Assembly: GCA_001244265.2 (NCBI GenBank)
Contig: LN717261.1
Location: forward strand, 1,503,591-1,567,590
DNA from: Microbotryum violaceum
Lineage: Eukaryota
Length of the DNA: 64,000 bases
Reading direction: 5' to 3'
In this document: positions 33,187 to 51,298 of the stretch, piece after piece
How positions within the stretch are numbered: position 1 is the stretch's first letter
How the letters are laid out: the number at the start of each line of letters is the position of its first letter
Notes under the pieces: model-generated
What the model saw: only the letters and a program-made list of their open reading frames with translations
Database searches by the model: none
Told to the model about the DNA's origin: nothing
Translations under genes and position numbers: made by a program

Positions 33187-33597
33187 GGTTGTGATCAGGA
33201 TCAATGACGATTCGCCAACAGTCGCTGCATAGTCACCGTCACTGGCGGGCTGCTCGAGGCTGAGATTGTGGCGATGGTTTCGGGCAGAGCCGAACGACCT
33301 CGGGCTCGAGTATGTTCTGCTGGATTGAGAATGGGTTCGTGGTCGTCGCTTAGGACTCGAGTGGATGTACTTGCTGCTACGGTGGCTAGCGCCGCCGTCA
33401 CGGGGATCGCGGGGGTCGTCGTGGCGGTCGTTGTGGTCAAGTGGTGGTGGTGGCAGCAGGGGTGAAGGAGGCGCTATCGGGTCAGAGTACATTTGCTCGG
33501 CGTCATCCTCCTCCTCCGAGTATCCGACATCGTTCTCGTCGTCTTGCAGTGGTTGGCTGAGGTCGGGCAAGGACCGGGTCGCCAGCGATAGGGGCAT
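33187..33597 (-). pseudogene. 5' fragment of an unidentified host gene, cut off by Zisupton-like sequence
   Basis: ATG at 33597: MPLSLATRSLPDLSQPLQDDENDVGYSEEEDDAEQMYSDPIAPPSP.. open until an abrupt switch at 33186 into sequence matching ~36455-36554. Confidence 0.55.
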
Positions 33598-34018
33598 CCT
33601 CACTCGACGAGCAGCACTCGAGATGACGGCGAGAGCGAGAAGCCTTTTTGGGGCAATCTGCGACCCCGCCGATCATGATGCGAGTGCGATGCTCGGGCTG
33701 TGCGTTCAATCCAGTAGCAACACCCCTGGTTCAAAGCTTGCGTGGTATTCGTAGTGCCTAGGATTTATTGGACTTGCTGTGATCCGGGCCTTTGCTGCGT
33801 AGTGGTGGTCACACCTGCCTGTGTAAACTTCATTTTTCTCGCGCTCCAAGCTTCAAGGCGCTTTTGCGAACCACCCGGAAATATTTCGGACTGAGACCAC
33901 ATGACTCTCTGTGGGTTCGACAAGTCTCCACAACTACAACGGATTGCGATTTGCACACTCGAGGTAGGAATCATACAACGTGAAGAAGGACACAAAACCG
34001 AAGACGGGTCGAAAATGA

Positions 34019-35202
34019 TTACTTCTTGGCCGTCTTGCGACCATTCTTCTCCATCGCGTCCTGGCGCGAGGCTTCTGAGGCTGAGGGAACGTATGGCTGA
34101 TCAGTTCAAGCAAGATTCGGTCCGCGTTTGCCATGCACGCACGCCACCTCACCATCGGTTTCGGCCTTGCGACGAGCTGCCGCCTGTTCCCGTTGTTTTC
34201 GGATCTCGGCCAGTTGAGCGAGATCGGCGCGAGCGGCATCGGTCTGAATGATCAATCGAAACAGCGTCGACGATTTTGAGCAAGAAGGAACAAGATAGAA
34301 TGGTTGGAGCACCAAGCTTTTTGAATGACTGGGGACTCACTTTTCCAGCGGCGTGCAGTTTGGCATAGCGTTCGGCCGCTGCCTTCTTGTCGGCTTGTTC
34401 CCTTGGAGGTGGGCACAATTGAAAAGCTTGTAAGGGTGACTCCTAGTTGCCGAGCTAGGAACATGCGACGTTGACAAACCTTTCGCGCCTCGACATCTCC
34501 TTGGGAGCATCCAAGTCGCCGAGCTTGATCCCTTTGTTGAGTTTCTTGTTGGCGTTCATCATGTCGAGCGCATCGTCGCCGTCGTTGTCGCTATCGCTGC
34601 CCAGCGCTCTCGTCGCGGCCTGCCCTCCACTCTTGGCAGCCTTCTTGTCCTTTCTCGCTTGTGCGACTTGATCGGCTGTCTTGACATGCCCTCGGCGAGG
34701 CAAGTCGGTCGAGGCGTTCGATGGTGCCGATCCCGAGAACGAACTCGGGTTGTGAGCCGGGTCGAGTTGAGGTTGCGTACGAGCCCTTCGTCCTCGGGCT
34801 CGTCTTTGTCTGATTCAGCAGTGGGTGGGAGTTCACCTACGCGGGTTGCGGGCATTTCTTCTTCATCGGACGAGGACTCTCCCTCGCTGCTGGATTCATC
34901 CGAGTCGTTCAAGCCTTCCAGTTGTTGAGAGTTCCCATCGGTGTCCAAGCGAGAGAGATCGCGCGAGAAGCTGAGGTAGGTAGACGGGAGGAGGAAGACA
35001 AAGTGGGCTCGAGATCAATCTTTGCCAGGTACTTCTGCACTCTGGGTGGGTGTGTGTTTTTGGGGGGGGGGGGGGGGGGAGCGAAGATCGAGCAAGTTGT
35101 CCATTTACTCCCCGACTGAGAAGGATGAAGGGGGGGACGAGCCACGTACTGTCTTCCTCCTCCGCGCTTAGCCTTGCCGAACTTGCCGGCGTTGCGAACC
35201 AT
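34019..35202 (-). pseudogene. PP28/PDAP1-family (casein kinase substrate phosphoprotein) gene, apparently frameshifted
   Basis: Five exons: MVRNAGKFGKAKRGGGRH|FSRDL..acidic tract..KEMSRRER|EQADKKAAAERYAKLHAAGK|TDAARADLAQLAEIRKQREQAAARRKAETD|ASEASRQDAMEKNGRKTAKK*. The frame changes near 34750 with no usable intron. Confidence 0.85.
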
Positions 35203-35989
35203 AATTGATGGATGTGAGAAAAGGCGGGAAGGCAAGAGAGGAAAGAAAGCGTCGAGAATGAGATGGTGCTAGGAAGATACCAAGGGTGTCGGTGAGTATC
35301 AGGTAGGGAGGACTTGCCCGCGTGCACGCGCTGTCCTGACTCGAACTCGGATCTTGAGCTCAATTCAACTACTACGACACACCTGAACTTGTTTGGGCCG
35401 ATTTGTAATCCAAATGTACCCATCTAAGGGGTGTATGAATGCCGGTGTAAGCTCTATTGAACGATGAAAATACCCTACTGAAAAAAGTCACCTTGTGTCC
35501 TAGCAGGTTACAATGCACGAACGGGCCCGAAAAGTACTACAAATTTCCGGGCCCGTACCCATGTCGGGGGGGGGGGCGGGGGGGGGAAAGAGGAAAAGAA
35601 AAGGAAGGGGGAAAAAAAGAAAAAAAAAAAAAAAAAAGAGGGAGAGGGAGAGGAGAGGGAGAGGGAAAGAAAAAAAAAAAATGAAAAGGGGAAAGGAGAA
35701 GAGGGATCGGAGGAAAGAGAAAGAAGGAGAAGAAGAGGGAGGGGGAGGTGAAACAGGAGGAAGAGAGGGAGTGGTACGGAACAAGTCATTTTGACAATAC
35801 ACATCATATTACAGGTATTATGAAGCTACAAAGTTGTGACACTTCTTTTGATGCCAAGCTCGGCCATTCATCTCAGCCCTTGTCAGTCCTCTACAGAACC
35901 TTTGTGATTGTGGGTCATTCGGATCTATCTCGTCTGTCAGCCCGAAAGGCTTCCCGCAGTCCAAGCACGCCCCGTCACACTCATTCACC

Positions 35990-37660
35990 GATCCGTCATC
36001 GCTTAGTTTTGACACCTTGCGTCGACAAGTAGTTTGCCCACATAATCGACAGTGCCTTGCCCCTTTTGTGGTACCCGCGCGCATCAAAGCGCTGCTCGTG
36101 CCCAAGTCCGCGCTCGAACCAGCGTCGCTCAAGGCAGTTGCAACAAAGGGGAGGATGGATGACGTTGGCGGATCTGAGGCATCGACTTCTATCTCCGTAA
36201 GCCTCCCCAAGACAGGCGTTTTGTGACCAAGTAATGGCTTAGCCGCTAGCATGTTAACATCACGACCGCGGGAGGGGTCGGTAAGCAAAGCTTGAATCAC
36301 TCTGACGTTGTTCCCACCCATGTTCATTGTGGCTTGAGCATTTGCCAGCGACGACCATCTCGATGCCCATGTATTAATGTGCTCTGGCATCTGTGTGAGA
36401 ATTGTGCTTCAGCTCAACATCACCATTCAGTGTGACACAGACGCGACATACTTTGTAAAAGATGTCTAGTCCGTTGGCATACTTGTTCCAAGGCTCGGTA
36501 ATCTCGAATATCCGACGATTTTGAGGAGCTCCCAGTCGTACCTTGCTTGAGAGATATCTGTATAGCGCTTGTTCGCTGGGTGTATGGACATACAATACAG
36601 CGAATCGAGTACCCTGACGTTTCGCTGGCCAGTCGTGGCGAAGCTTGCCATTGGTTGGCAGCCGGCTTTGCATATGCTGTATTGCCGGCGTATTGTTTTG
36701 CAGCAAGTTCCGTGGCGACCACTTGACGGGCTCCAAACGCAGAGTCCCGCGCTCGACTTGATAGGGCTCGATCAAAAAGGGCACTTGCGCTGTTGGCAAC
36801 TGAACAATAGGCACAATGCCCAACGTTTCGGGGTGTAGAGCAGCGGGTTGACTATATCTGACATGGTGGTTGAGTGCTGTGGGAAAAATGCCGAGGTTTT
36901 GCGCCTCAGACAATGTAGTTCCACAGTGAGCCAGAGGTCGTAGTGCCCCACAAATGGTATTCCGGTACGATTGAACGTCCCAACCTGCGAATACAAGGGA
37001 GAATGGGTGAGAATGGTTGTCGCTTCTTTGAATTGCGATGATGGAGTTGGACTGACCGTGAGATTGTGCACTAGCACGTAGCCAGCCGTGCACGCATTGA
37101 CATGGCACGGAGAAACACCAGACTTTGGAAACCGTTGGCGAAGGTTCCGATGGATGCCTTCTTCGAGCCTATTGGTGTCGCGCTGGCAGGAATATAAACG
37201 GACACTGTCATCCGCCTTTCCATCTGGCCCTCCGCAAGGCCCAAGGTTGGTGTACAGCTCGATGCCAACTGGATCCGATACTTGGCCTTTCCGAATCGCC
37301 TCAAGACATCTCTTCGCTGCCTCGTGCGCCCCTTTTTTCAAAAGTGGTTGCTTCGACTTCGCATCAACCGAGCTTCTCAAAGACCTCCCGGACCAAAGGC
37401 TCGAGAATGCCTGGCGGAGGGATCCATCGACGAACGCGTCTCCAAAGCTTCTTATTCCATACCGGCGAACGGACCGCTTTCTCCCACGTCATTCCGAGTT
37501 TTGCTAGGCAAGCCTCCATCAGGAGTTGATCATCCGCATTTGGGATGAAAACCGCATCGGAGAAGGCGCGAGCAAAGGCTTTGGCAGTGCCATGTTTTTT
37601 GGACACATAGATCCGGTCAAAGAACTGCCAGAAATCGATTAGAATTTGCACAGCGGTATC
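35990..37660 (-). pseudogene. Zisupton/KDZ-type transposase, C-terminal half
   Basis: DFWQFFDRI..HGTAKAFARAFSDAVFIP..RVRRWIPPP..GQVSDPVGIELY..RLYSCQRDTNRLEEGIH..GHYDLWL..WNKYANGLDIFYK|MPEH..HCRLCGQTTC. Resembles the Zisupton QDPPGVQLY..YRCARGSTSLESFH block (recalled, not searched). Confidence 0.75.
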
Positions 37661-37970
37661 GTCTGAGGAAGGGACTAGCGAAAGGGGATAGTTTGAGATA
37701 CATACATCAGCTCCAGCCCCAGCGCCAGGACTGGCGCAAGTCCGTAGTAACTGACCTTTGCTTGTTGCAGCCTTGCCCCAGATAGCTTTGCCAGCTGCTT
37801 CATTTTGGCATCCGTGTTATCGGCGCTTCGTTTCCGAAAGAAGCGTGACAGCAGTTGCATCGTAGGATATGGCACGTTGCAGCATGAAGACAAGGGGATG
37901 GCGGCGTGCGGCGCGCCTGATTGCGCCAACTCAGTGCGCCAACTCGGGCGCTCGACTGCGCCAACTCAAG

Positions 37971-38245
37971 CTCTAAGGAACGGTTAGTTGGACGCGAGTC
38001 GAGGTACTTGGGCGCGAGTTGGGTGCGAGTCGGCGCTTAGTTGGGCGCGAGTCGGCGCTTAGTCCGAGCACGAGTCGGTGCTTAGTCGGGCGCAAGTCAA
38101 AAATGTTAAAAAATCCGACTTGCGAGTCGGAAGGGAGTCAGGCACGAGTTGACCCCCGGTCGACCGCGAGTCGTGCCCGAGTCTGTTCAACTGGGTGACG
38201 GCAAGTCGGATTCGAGTCGACAGAGTCGGACGCAAGTCGAGGCAG
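37971..38245. repeat. Subterminal (CGC)GAGTCGG array; mirror array at 56300-56532
   Basis: More than ten degenerate GAGTCG(G) units, inverted relative to the CCGACTC units at the other end. Confidence 0.85.
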
Positions 38246-38699
38246 TTGTGTTAGAGTGGGGTGCAGGTCAAATTTCTGCGCTGGGCATTGTAATCTGAAC
38301 CTTTGGAATGCCAAAGAAACAAAAGAAAAAAAAGTTCATAGCCCTGGTCGGGCCCCTTCCTTGGCGTTGGGACCGTACCAGGCTTCCCTTCCACAAGGAC
38401 CTTTAGGGCACGGGCGGCCACAGTCCGGGGCTGATCAAAACTCTCCCCTTTAAATCACTCATACGGATATTGGGCAGGTCGTTAGGATACGATTAGATTT
38501 CGTGGGGTAAACGATCAGTGGCTGTTCGTGCTCTCCTTGGAGGCGGATGTCTTTCTCATTGGCTTTTTATTTATGAGTTCCTTAGAGTGAGCTCGTAGCA
38601 TTACTGAATTAGAAGTCCCTGGAGATAATACTCACTTAGAAGTCTGGGGGAGAATACTCGCAACAGTCTCGTCAGATCGTTACTTCGGATTGTCTAGAT

Positions 38700-41600
38700 C
38701 GAGACAGACGACGAATGCTTGCGCCAAGTCGATCCAATAGGCTGCGCGCTTGTGGTGTCAAATTGTCGCGCGACAACAAATTGTGCTTATCCATTGTTAA
38801 TGCCTCTCCATGGCCCTAACGTGACCAATGACCCTGAAAAGCTTCGCCATTGCTTCGGCACCGTCATAGCTGCGAGAATCTCGAGCGCAGCCAGGCCATT
38901 GGGAGTACCTACTGTCACGTCACATCGATTCACGGTCTTGCCGGCAGCCTTGTCGATGTGCGTCGACAGGACTCGATAGACCTTCGCGGCCTGATAGCCC
39001 ACGACCTCGATTTCCCGCTTGGGCTCCGCAATTCAATGGATGACAACACTCTGTCGATATCCAGCATGTCTTGTGTTTCGCACTCGCCCACCAGCTTGGA
39101 CCTCGCCAATCTGTCTGGGAGCAAGACACCAGCGTTACCTCGGATGGCGCCTTTACCCCACAGTAGCTGTGGCGCAACGCTTTCTCGAAGATGTAGCCGC
39201 CGTGTCCAAGGTCCAGATCCCCGGACGCGATCGGTAGCCTCCTGACCCTCCGCTTGTCAGCCGGCACAGACTCTCGACTGGCAGAGTCCGTTCGTACAGC
39301 TTGCGCTGGCCGGTCCGGGGAGCAATACTCACCCGGCCGGCCGGCCTGTCTTGTCGACTATCGGTCCGTTGTAGAATTGCTCGAGTCGACCGTAGCAGTA
39401 TGCATGCAAGCGATTACCGTTATCTGAAACATTGCCTTGCTTTTCCTCACCTGCCCGCCTACCCTCACACGTGATCTTCCGAACATCCAATCAAAGCTGT
39501 CCTTTTCCGATCAGCAAGTTGCGATATATTTCGGACGACTTGACGGGTTCTTGGCACGGCAATGACGTCACATGTATTGCCACGCAGAAGAAGAAGGGGA
39601 AGTAGGAGTAGAAGAAGAAAAAGTACACAGGCAATCAGGCTGCGGCAACGGAACCTATCTTCGGTGCGCCCTTCCTCCAGCATTTGCCGCCGCACCCAGC
39701 TTTTCAGAACCCACAATTGCCTGTGATTAATATGATTGGCCGTAATACTCGATGTCAGAGGCTGGTACTCGCAAGCGTCCAAGTGTTTTGCTTACGGACT
39801 GCGTCGCCACCGTCTTGGGAGAGGCATGCTTTGGAAGGTTGCCTCTCCTGTGCTTCTTCGCGAGCGGAGTCGCAATCGTCTTGTTGATTTGGTCCGGTGT
39901 GGCGGAATGGAGCTGTTGGAGCGTTGCGTCATCGGTAACTAGTTCAATTGGAATTGGAAGCGGTGGTGAGCCCAACACAATTGCGGTGTTTGTTTCGAGA
40001 TCTCGAGCTCGAGGCGGCGGGCAGACTTACATTTCGCCTTCTTCTTCGCAACGGAAAAGCCTGCTCCCGTCGCTCCCGCTGGGCGCTTCGAGCGAGACGG
40101 CTGCGTGTGGGCATATACCATGCGCGGGACATCAAGTGGCAGCAGAGTCAGGAGAAAAGCGAGGAATCAGTTGCCCGGCCGCAAAGCCACTCACGTTGCT
40201 GCTCGTCGTCGCCAATTCACTCTCGACCTCACCACGGGTTTCATTCTTGTGTTCGTCCAGCGCCTGCTCGATCGTCTTCATCAAGTCCTGCACCGTCGAC
40301 ACCATTGCTGCCCTGAAAATATAGCCAACCTTGACCTTGGCAAGCGTTTGACCGTCGTCGCCATTCCTTGCCGTAGCCTTGCCCTTGCGACGTACGTGTG
40401 CAAACTCGTCCCGCACGATGGCCGCAATACAGTTTCAGAGTCGGGTGACGACGTCCCGAATGGACCAGTTGGGCCAGTTGGCGAGGTATTCTCGGGTTTC
40501 AGCGAGCTCAGTGAGTCCCAACTTGCCGTGCCCAAACTGGGCACCCCCATTGTCGAGGTCGTCTTGATTGAGCCCGTTTGTCTCAGCGCTCAGTTGCAAC
40601 TTAGCAAGATCCTGTGCGAATATCTCGCTGTGGGGATGAACATGTTTTTGAGTTGACGAGAACGTTTTGTCGTATCGGCAAAGCTCGGTCGCACTATTGA
40701 GCAAACGCTGAAGATCGCGACTTAGGTCATCGGCGCCCGTATCACCAAGCCAGCAAAGTCGGGCTGGTGTCATGCGTGGTGTCCGTCAGCGTGTATAATC
40801 GGATACAGTGAGAAGTGAACGTACTGGGGACAGCGGGTGCTACGAGCAGTGTGCAACATGCAAAGTCAGCTCTCAAGACAATTTGATGTTGTGCTATCGG
40901 GCACTGGGTTTTGCTTACCATTTGGCAGGGTTGGGTACGTTTGCTCCGCCAAGCGCATCTATGAGGGGTTTCAAAATCAGAAGAAACTCAGCCCGCCGGC
41001 CATGCGTGCAGAGAACCGCGAAAGCGCTCGGCTCACAGTCTCGCTGTATTCATCATCGTCATTGTCGTAGTCGGTTCCAGCTCGTTCCTTCTCTCCTTCG
41101 CTTCCCTGCTCTTCTTCCTGCTCTTCTTCGCACATTTTGGCCTCTTCCGGATCAAAGCGCAGCTGTTGGACCGGCGTACAAGCATCAGTATCAGCAGCAC
41201 GGAAAACAAAGACCAACCTTACCTGCTCCCCTTGACTTGAGCGGGCCCCTCCATTTCGCCCTCCGCTGTTGTTCTCCTTCGGCTTTACCCTTCTGGTGAA
41301 GGGGATTCACTTGCCGTGGACTTTGAAGCCGGGGTTGACCTCGAGGAATGCAACCAGCTTCGGGCGGTACTGCGCTCGCAGGTTCTCTAGGATGTCGCCG
41401 AGCCAGACATACGCCTTGTACGACGCTGAGCAGAGACGAAGTAGCGGACTGACCGTTTTGAGCCCTTCTGGAATCTTGATGGCGGGCGCGAAGAGTGAGT
41501 TATGATATTCTTTTTGGAGTTTGTCGAGGAACAGAGTTCAACAGTTGACGCTGTCATGTGACCACAACGATCGGATGAGTCGAGCCACGAGTTTTTTCCC

Positions 41601-42090
41601 TTGATCGACGTCGCGAGCGTACGAGACTGTATCTTTGAACTTGAGGTCCAACACCCTTTTTCCCGATTGGGTTCGGAGGACGAAAGGAAGACGGAGCTTG
41701 GGGGTTTGGGCCTTTTCCTTCCCACTGGAAGTCGGATCAAGCGGCTGAGCCCTCTTCAGAGCCGCGACCGCCTCCTGGCGCGTCCAGAGAACCAAGGGGT
41801 CTGCCTTGACAGGCCGTTGAACAGGCGACAACCAAGTGGTGGCAGAAAAATTCTCTGCTTGGCCTTGAGGATTTGGTCCGCAGCTTGAAGAATTGCGAAC
41901 CCCTGCTGGGGTTTTGATCAGGAGCTGCTCGCTGCGTTGTCGGTAAAAGTTGTACAGCTCATCGACTTTAGAGTGGTAAAGTGGGTGAAGGAGAAGCTCC
42001 TTGTGCATCGCCAATAAGAATGATATTCATTCTATCGGTCTTGCCGTTGTCTTGGGTCTCATATCCACTATCCTCGTTGTCGTACATGTT
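38700..42090 (-). pseudogene. Degenerate accessory ORF(s) of the TIR element, divergent from the transposase
   Basis: Broken protein-like frames at 41538-42014, 41310-41540, 40435-40773, 40132-40416 and 38787-39124. No domain recognised. Confidence 0.4.
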
Positions 42091-42678
42091 CTTGATGGTG
42101 TCAAGTGGGTAATGATGGAGAGCGTGATCGGGGCCACCTGGGCACTCTGGGCCAAACCGCGCGCTTTAAAGCGGTGTAGGCCGTTTTAGTGAGTTCTAGG
42201 AGAGGCTCGGTGTCAACTGCCGGTCGCTTAGCGCTTAACCGTCACCGTTGCCACCGGCTCAGGAGGTGGTTTAACACCGGTTACACCGGTTATAGTACAG
42301 TTTTAAGGTGGCTGGGAAAGGAGCGAGCAAGCCGGCCTCACCGGCCGAGTTGATCAATTGGGCGCTGCAAGGGCGAGAAGGCGCAATAGTCCGTGACTTG
42401 ATTTCCGCGGCGCATCTTCGGTCGCACCACCATCTCGCAAGCTAGATGCCGCCGAGTTCCTCAGTGAGTATAACGAGCTGTGACATCTATTCGAAGTTTC
42501 TGACATTCTGGTCACTGTTTCGTCGTATCCCTCAGATCTCAGGCGGTGGCTCGACACAATTTTGCTGTCGCTGCTTCCTCCACGCCTGTGACTGTCGACC
42601 TCGTACAAACCTCCTCCGCAGCCACCCTCTGGTCCACCTACTCCTCGAATCAGACTATCGGACTTTAGTCCTGAACAG

Positions 42679-45405
42679 ATGCTGTCGCTACGCCGCTTCA
42701 TCCGCGCACTGGACAGCGACATGTCTGATAAGCAGTACCTTCATCTAATTCAAGAAGCAAATGTGCAAAAAGGTGTGGATCCTCGGCGATGTATGTTGAT
42801 GCGGGGGATGGCGGAGTTCATCCAGACAGCATTACAGCTCGAAGCCGAATGGTTCGACATCTGTATCGAGGGACACGTGGCATTCGTCGGCCCCCACGCT
42901 GACCAAGAGGTGTGTGGAACTTTGCACAAACGCGTGGACACCGACCCCGAGACGAAGAAGAAGAAGACGATCACGGAACGATGCACCGAACCGAGATACA
43001 AGATGATCAGGACTCGCCGCAGCAATCTCCAACGAAGACCTCGAAAGCAGGCAGTCTTCCTGGACCCGGTCCCGCGGATCAAGGCCATGTATGGCTGCCA
43101 GCAGCAGGCCAAAATGCTTCGCTTGCTGCATGAGGATATGACGCGGTTCATCAGTCTTCGCAAGGCTCGAGGCGATCCGCATGCCGGCGGCTACAGTGAC
43201 GTCTCGTCTGGTCAAGCTCTGGCACGTGCATTTGAGGCAGGCGTCTTCAATGACGAACAAAACGGATTCTTTGGTCTGTCGACCGACGGTGCGCTGGTGA
43301 AGGAGAACAGAGAGGGTTCGTTCTGGATATGGACGGTCACTCTGTACAATGTCCCAATCGAGTCCGGTCGATATCGCCGCGACAATACCTACATCCTCGT
43401 CATTGTCCCATGTGCGACAACAACGACGGACTTTGAAAGCTTCGCATTCATCATCTTGAATCGGTTCAAGGAAGCGGCAAGGGGGATTTGGATTTTTGAT
43501 TCCATCGATCACACCTGGTTCCTATGGCGAGGCTACATCCTCTTCTTCTTAGCTGATCTTATGGGAGAAGCTAAGCAGTCAGGCTTTGCGATGAGCCGCG
43601 GTACCTTCCCATGCAATAACTGCAAGATGCCGTCGGCGACCAAACCCAACAGCGCCGGCCACTACATGGTCAAAGACGGCCAAGCAACATACAAAGGAGA
43701 TCACTGCGTGGGCAGGAAGAAAGCCGCAGAAAAGGACACCGGCGAAGATGATGGCGGCAACAACAGTGACGGCGACAGCGACGGCCACGAGCGACCTCAA
43801 ACAAGGTGAAAGGGCCATGATCAATTGTGCACAAACAAGTCAATGCCCATCAAGCGGTCAGGGGCTACTACCCGTACAATGGTGCTCCCCATCCCAGGCC
43901 CAGAACCCTGACGCAATACAAGGCACAAATTTCGAAAGCTTTCAACCCTACGCTCAGCCAACAAGCGAGCAAGAAGGTGCGCACACAATTCGGCATCTCA
44001 GTGATTCCACTCGCCGCCAAATCAACACTGTTCGACGTGCCCGGGTCCTTCCCAATCGACATTGCACACCTGCTGGGGAACAACATTCCCACTCTACTGT
44101 GGAAGTCACCTGTCTGCTGGAGATCCGTAAAAGATGGCACTCACATCCTCTCCACCGCTGCGGCTTTGCTTGAAGGTGCCCAGGTCACGACGCCAAGCGC
44201 ATTCGGAGCCTACCTGTGAAACCCTCAAGATAAGGCCAACACGTGCTACAAGATTCACGAGTGGTTGCAATTTGAGTTGAATGGATCCGTCGCTGTCCTC
44301 CAAGACGCCGGCATGCCCAACAAGTACGTCGCACACTGGGCTGACTTTGTCAGGCTTGTGCTCGACCGCAGCCCCGCCAGCATTGAACGCATCCAAACCA
44401 TTGACGAGCTCGCCGACCGGTTCGTACAAAAGCAAGAGCGTCTGTATGTCGGATTCAGCGGGGACCAGGTCGAAGCGATGCCCTTGGCCATTTGCAAACT
44501 TCACCACCTTGGGGAATGGATCAAGTGGGTCGGTAACCTCAGCCTTGTGTCGCAGTTGCAGCTCGAGTGAGTCATTGGCTACTGCAAGAAGGATGCGACT
44601 TCGAACGTGAGCCCGTGCATGAGCTTGATGAAGAAGGCAAGTCCCCAGAGCAGCAGGGAAGTGCTCGGGATGCCTGCGGCTGACCGTGACTGGGTGTTTG
44701 CCTTTGACACCGCTTCACAGACCATTGTACGCGAACAGCAGAAGTGCTGGGCGGATAACAATCCTGAGTTCGCCGCACTTGTGCTAGCCCAAACCGTCGC
44801 TGCCTGAGCCAGGATGGGTCTTGACACTCTTCTCGCCGGTCGAGACTCAAGCCAGCGAGGACTGGCACCGAGGGTGCAAAGCTTGGACAAAGGCGTTCGG
44901 GGACGGCAAAATAAGAGGGTTGGTTGGAAGCATTGAAGACAAAGTCGTTTACTGGGATCACTACGGTCGTGCCACACTCAGTAATGCCAAGCGAAACTAC
45001 TTGTCAACGACAAGGCGCGAAGGTGAAGACGACAACGACCGGCGGCAGGCGTCTCGCTTTGTGACAACATCATTTGATTTGACGGGAGCTCAAACTCGTA
45101 AAGCAATGTACACAATTGGTCGAGCCATGGCGATTGTACGGGTGCCGCCCCATGTCGAACTCAAGCAACTTAAGCTCGGGCGTTCGCGTCTTGCCGTAGT
45201 TGCCAAACTGTACCCACCGGCACGACTGTTGTACAAGTCGATGCCGTTTGTTCACACGGAGCCCACGACACCAGCCATGAATCCGATCGAGGCCGTGAAC
45301 AAGCTAGTCGGTGCGTACTACTCGACCAAGGACCCACGCATGTACGTGTTTGAGGACATATTCAATAACAACGGATCCACCATGGTGAGGGTTTTTGAGT
45401 GCTAG
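42679..45405 (+). pseudogene. CACTA/En-Spm (tnp2, Transposase_21)-like transposase
   Basis: FDICIEGHVAF..CTEPRY..PRIKAMY..YSDVSSG..GLSTDG..LYNVP..RYRRDN..ADLMG..PCNNC, then PIDIAHL and CKLHHLGEWIKWVGNL..QLQLE. In-frame TGA stops near 44217 and 44568. Confidence 0.88.
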
Positions 45406-45998
45406 TTCTGCAAAAGTAGATTTGAGCATCAGATTGGACACACCCCCCATCCCCCATCCCACATCTATGTCCATCATCCATTCCAAATCCTGTACCAATC
45501 ACTTTGAGTCGAGAGTATTGTGTACACTTGAGCATAGCGCCGAGTGGAGGCAAAGAGAGCAAGGTGCTAGTCGTCTGACTCGTGCTCAACTCTGGCTTGC
45601 CTTGGGCGCATGTCTGTTCAGCTTTAGCGGTGCTAAGAATCACTATGCAAGCGGGTTTTAGAGTCTCGACCACGGTGGCTTCGGTTTGATTGACTTACCT
45701 TGGCGTCTCGCAATTGATCATGCCAAGCGGGTCTTTCATCTTTGGGACCCGGACGGCTGCTTCATTCGGCACCTCTTCAACATCCGCACTTGCCTTCAGG
45801 CAACAAACAAATGCACCCCCTTTACCTTGCCCGAATTGGGCCCCAACCCACATCGTCGCTTGTGGGTCTGGATCTGGTGGGCCTACTTTTGCCACCCTCC
45901 TCCACAATGGGAACGTGCAGTGAGGAAGACGAAGGCGCTGCTCCCTCCACAATGGATCCGCTACTTCAAAGCCTGGGATTTGGTGACAATGCTCAACC

Positions 45999-50282
<4,284 letters not shown>

Positions 50283-50395
50283 CAACCCCCTGCCCCCCCC
50301 CCCAAACTTTCCAAGAGCTCAAATCTCAAGCAATGGGCAACACACGTCCTCTACTTCCCAGCAGGCCACGGAATCCAACTCTCGGTGAACCCAAC

Positions 50396-50581
50396 TGCAA
50401 GGCCTGAGGCCTTTGCCCGAGGTACAATGGAAGGCGATAGAACTTTTGGCTTAGTTGAATAGCTTGCGCGCGCCTAGAACCTCCCTTGGCTTTCGCCAGC
50501 TCACTGACCCGAGGTTCTAGTGAATTACTATTGTTTGATCCTGTCTATCGTTCTGGAGCACCGCTGCACGCGGTGCTTCCA
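50396..50581. mobile_element. Solo LTR (186 bp)
   Basis: TGCAAGGCC..GCTTCCA flanked by CCAAC / CCGAC (TSD with one transition). The LINE frame SVNP|TLFRGP rejoins across it. Confidence 0.82.
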
Positions 50582-51298
50582 CCGACGCTTTTCCGAGGAC
50601 CCAATGGCGAGGTGATGACTCCGTATTCGTTTGTGAACGCGTCCAAACGCCAACAAACCTTCCTCTATCCTCCTATCCTCCCTGTCGGTCATCAGAGGGT
50701 TTTCTGTCTCCCCAAGCAATGCTGGAATGCCTGGTGGAAGGCGCTACGCAAGGTTTGCAGGGTTCATTCGGACACCGAAGACACGGCCCCCTCCTCTCCC
50801 TGGGGCCACTTCATCCAGGCAGCCAACTCGCTTCTCCAAACAGCCCTTTTCTCCACAATCGATCTACCGCATGTGTCATGTGCCTGTCGGAGGCTCCGGA
50901 GACCCTGGCACACCTAGCGGTCGGTTGCCCGTTTGCCCGCCACCTCTGGTCTGCGCTCACTCCTTTCCCACACCCCAACTTTGTTCAGTTTGGGTGCCCG
51001 GTCGTCTCTCGCTCGGAACGCCGACTCGTCGAGCTGTGTCTACTCTTCTTCCACGCGATCTGGAAGCTCTCTTGTCACCGCCAATTTTCGTTGGACCCTC
51101 TGGAGCCGATCGCCGAAACGGCCTTCGAGGAGCTCCGCGCGTCCATCCAGGAGTCCAAGGGACGACTGGTTTTGCTGTAATCACCTGAGGGGTTTTTTAG
51201 TGGGTACGGTTGATTTTGTTCCAAGGTCAATGAGTCCTACACTACTGGCCTAGCCAGTGTGCTTGACTGCATTCCCTCCGTCTTTTCCGAGGGTTTTT

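Noticed and set aside
37971-38245. CRISPR-like short repeat array
   Set aside because: Degenerate short units with no unique spacers and no cas genes; mirrored at 56300-56532, so these are transposon subterminal repeats.
38408-38450. CACAGTCCGGGG as an internal CACTA or Tc1 terminus
   Set aside because: No matching inverted copy found in the window.
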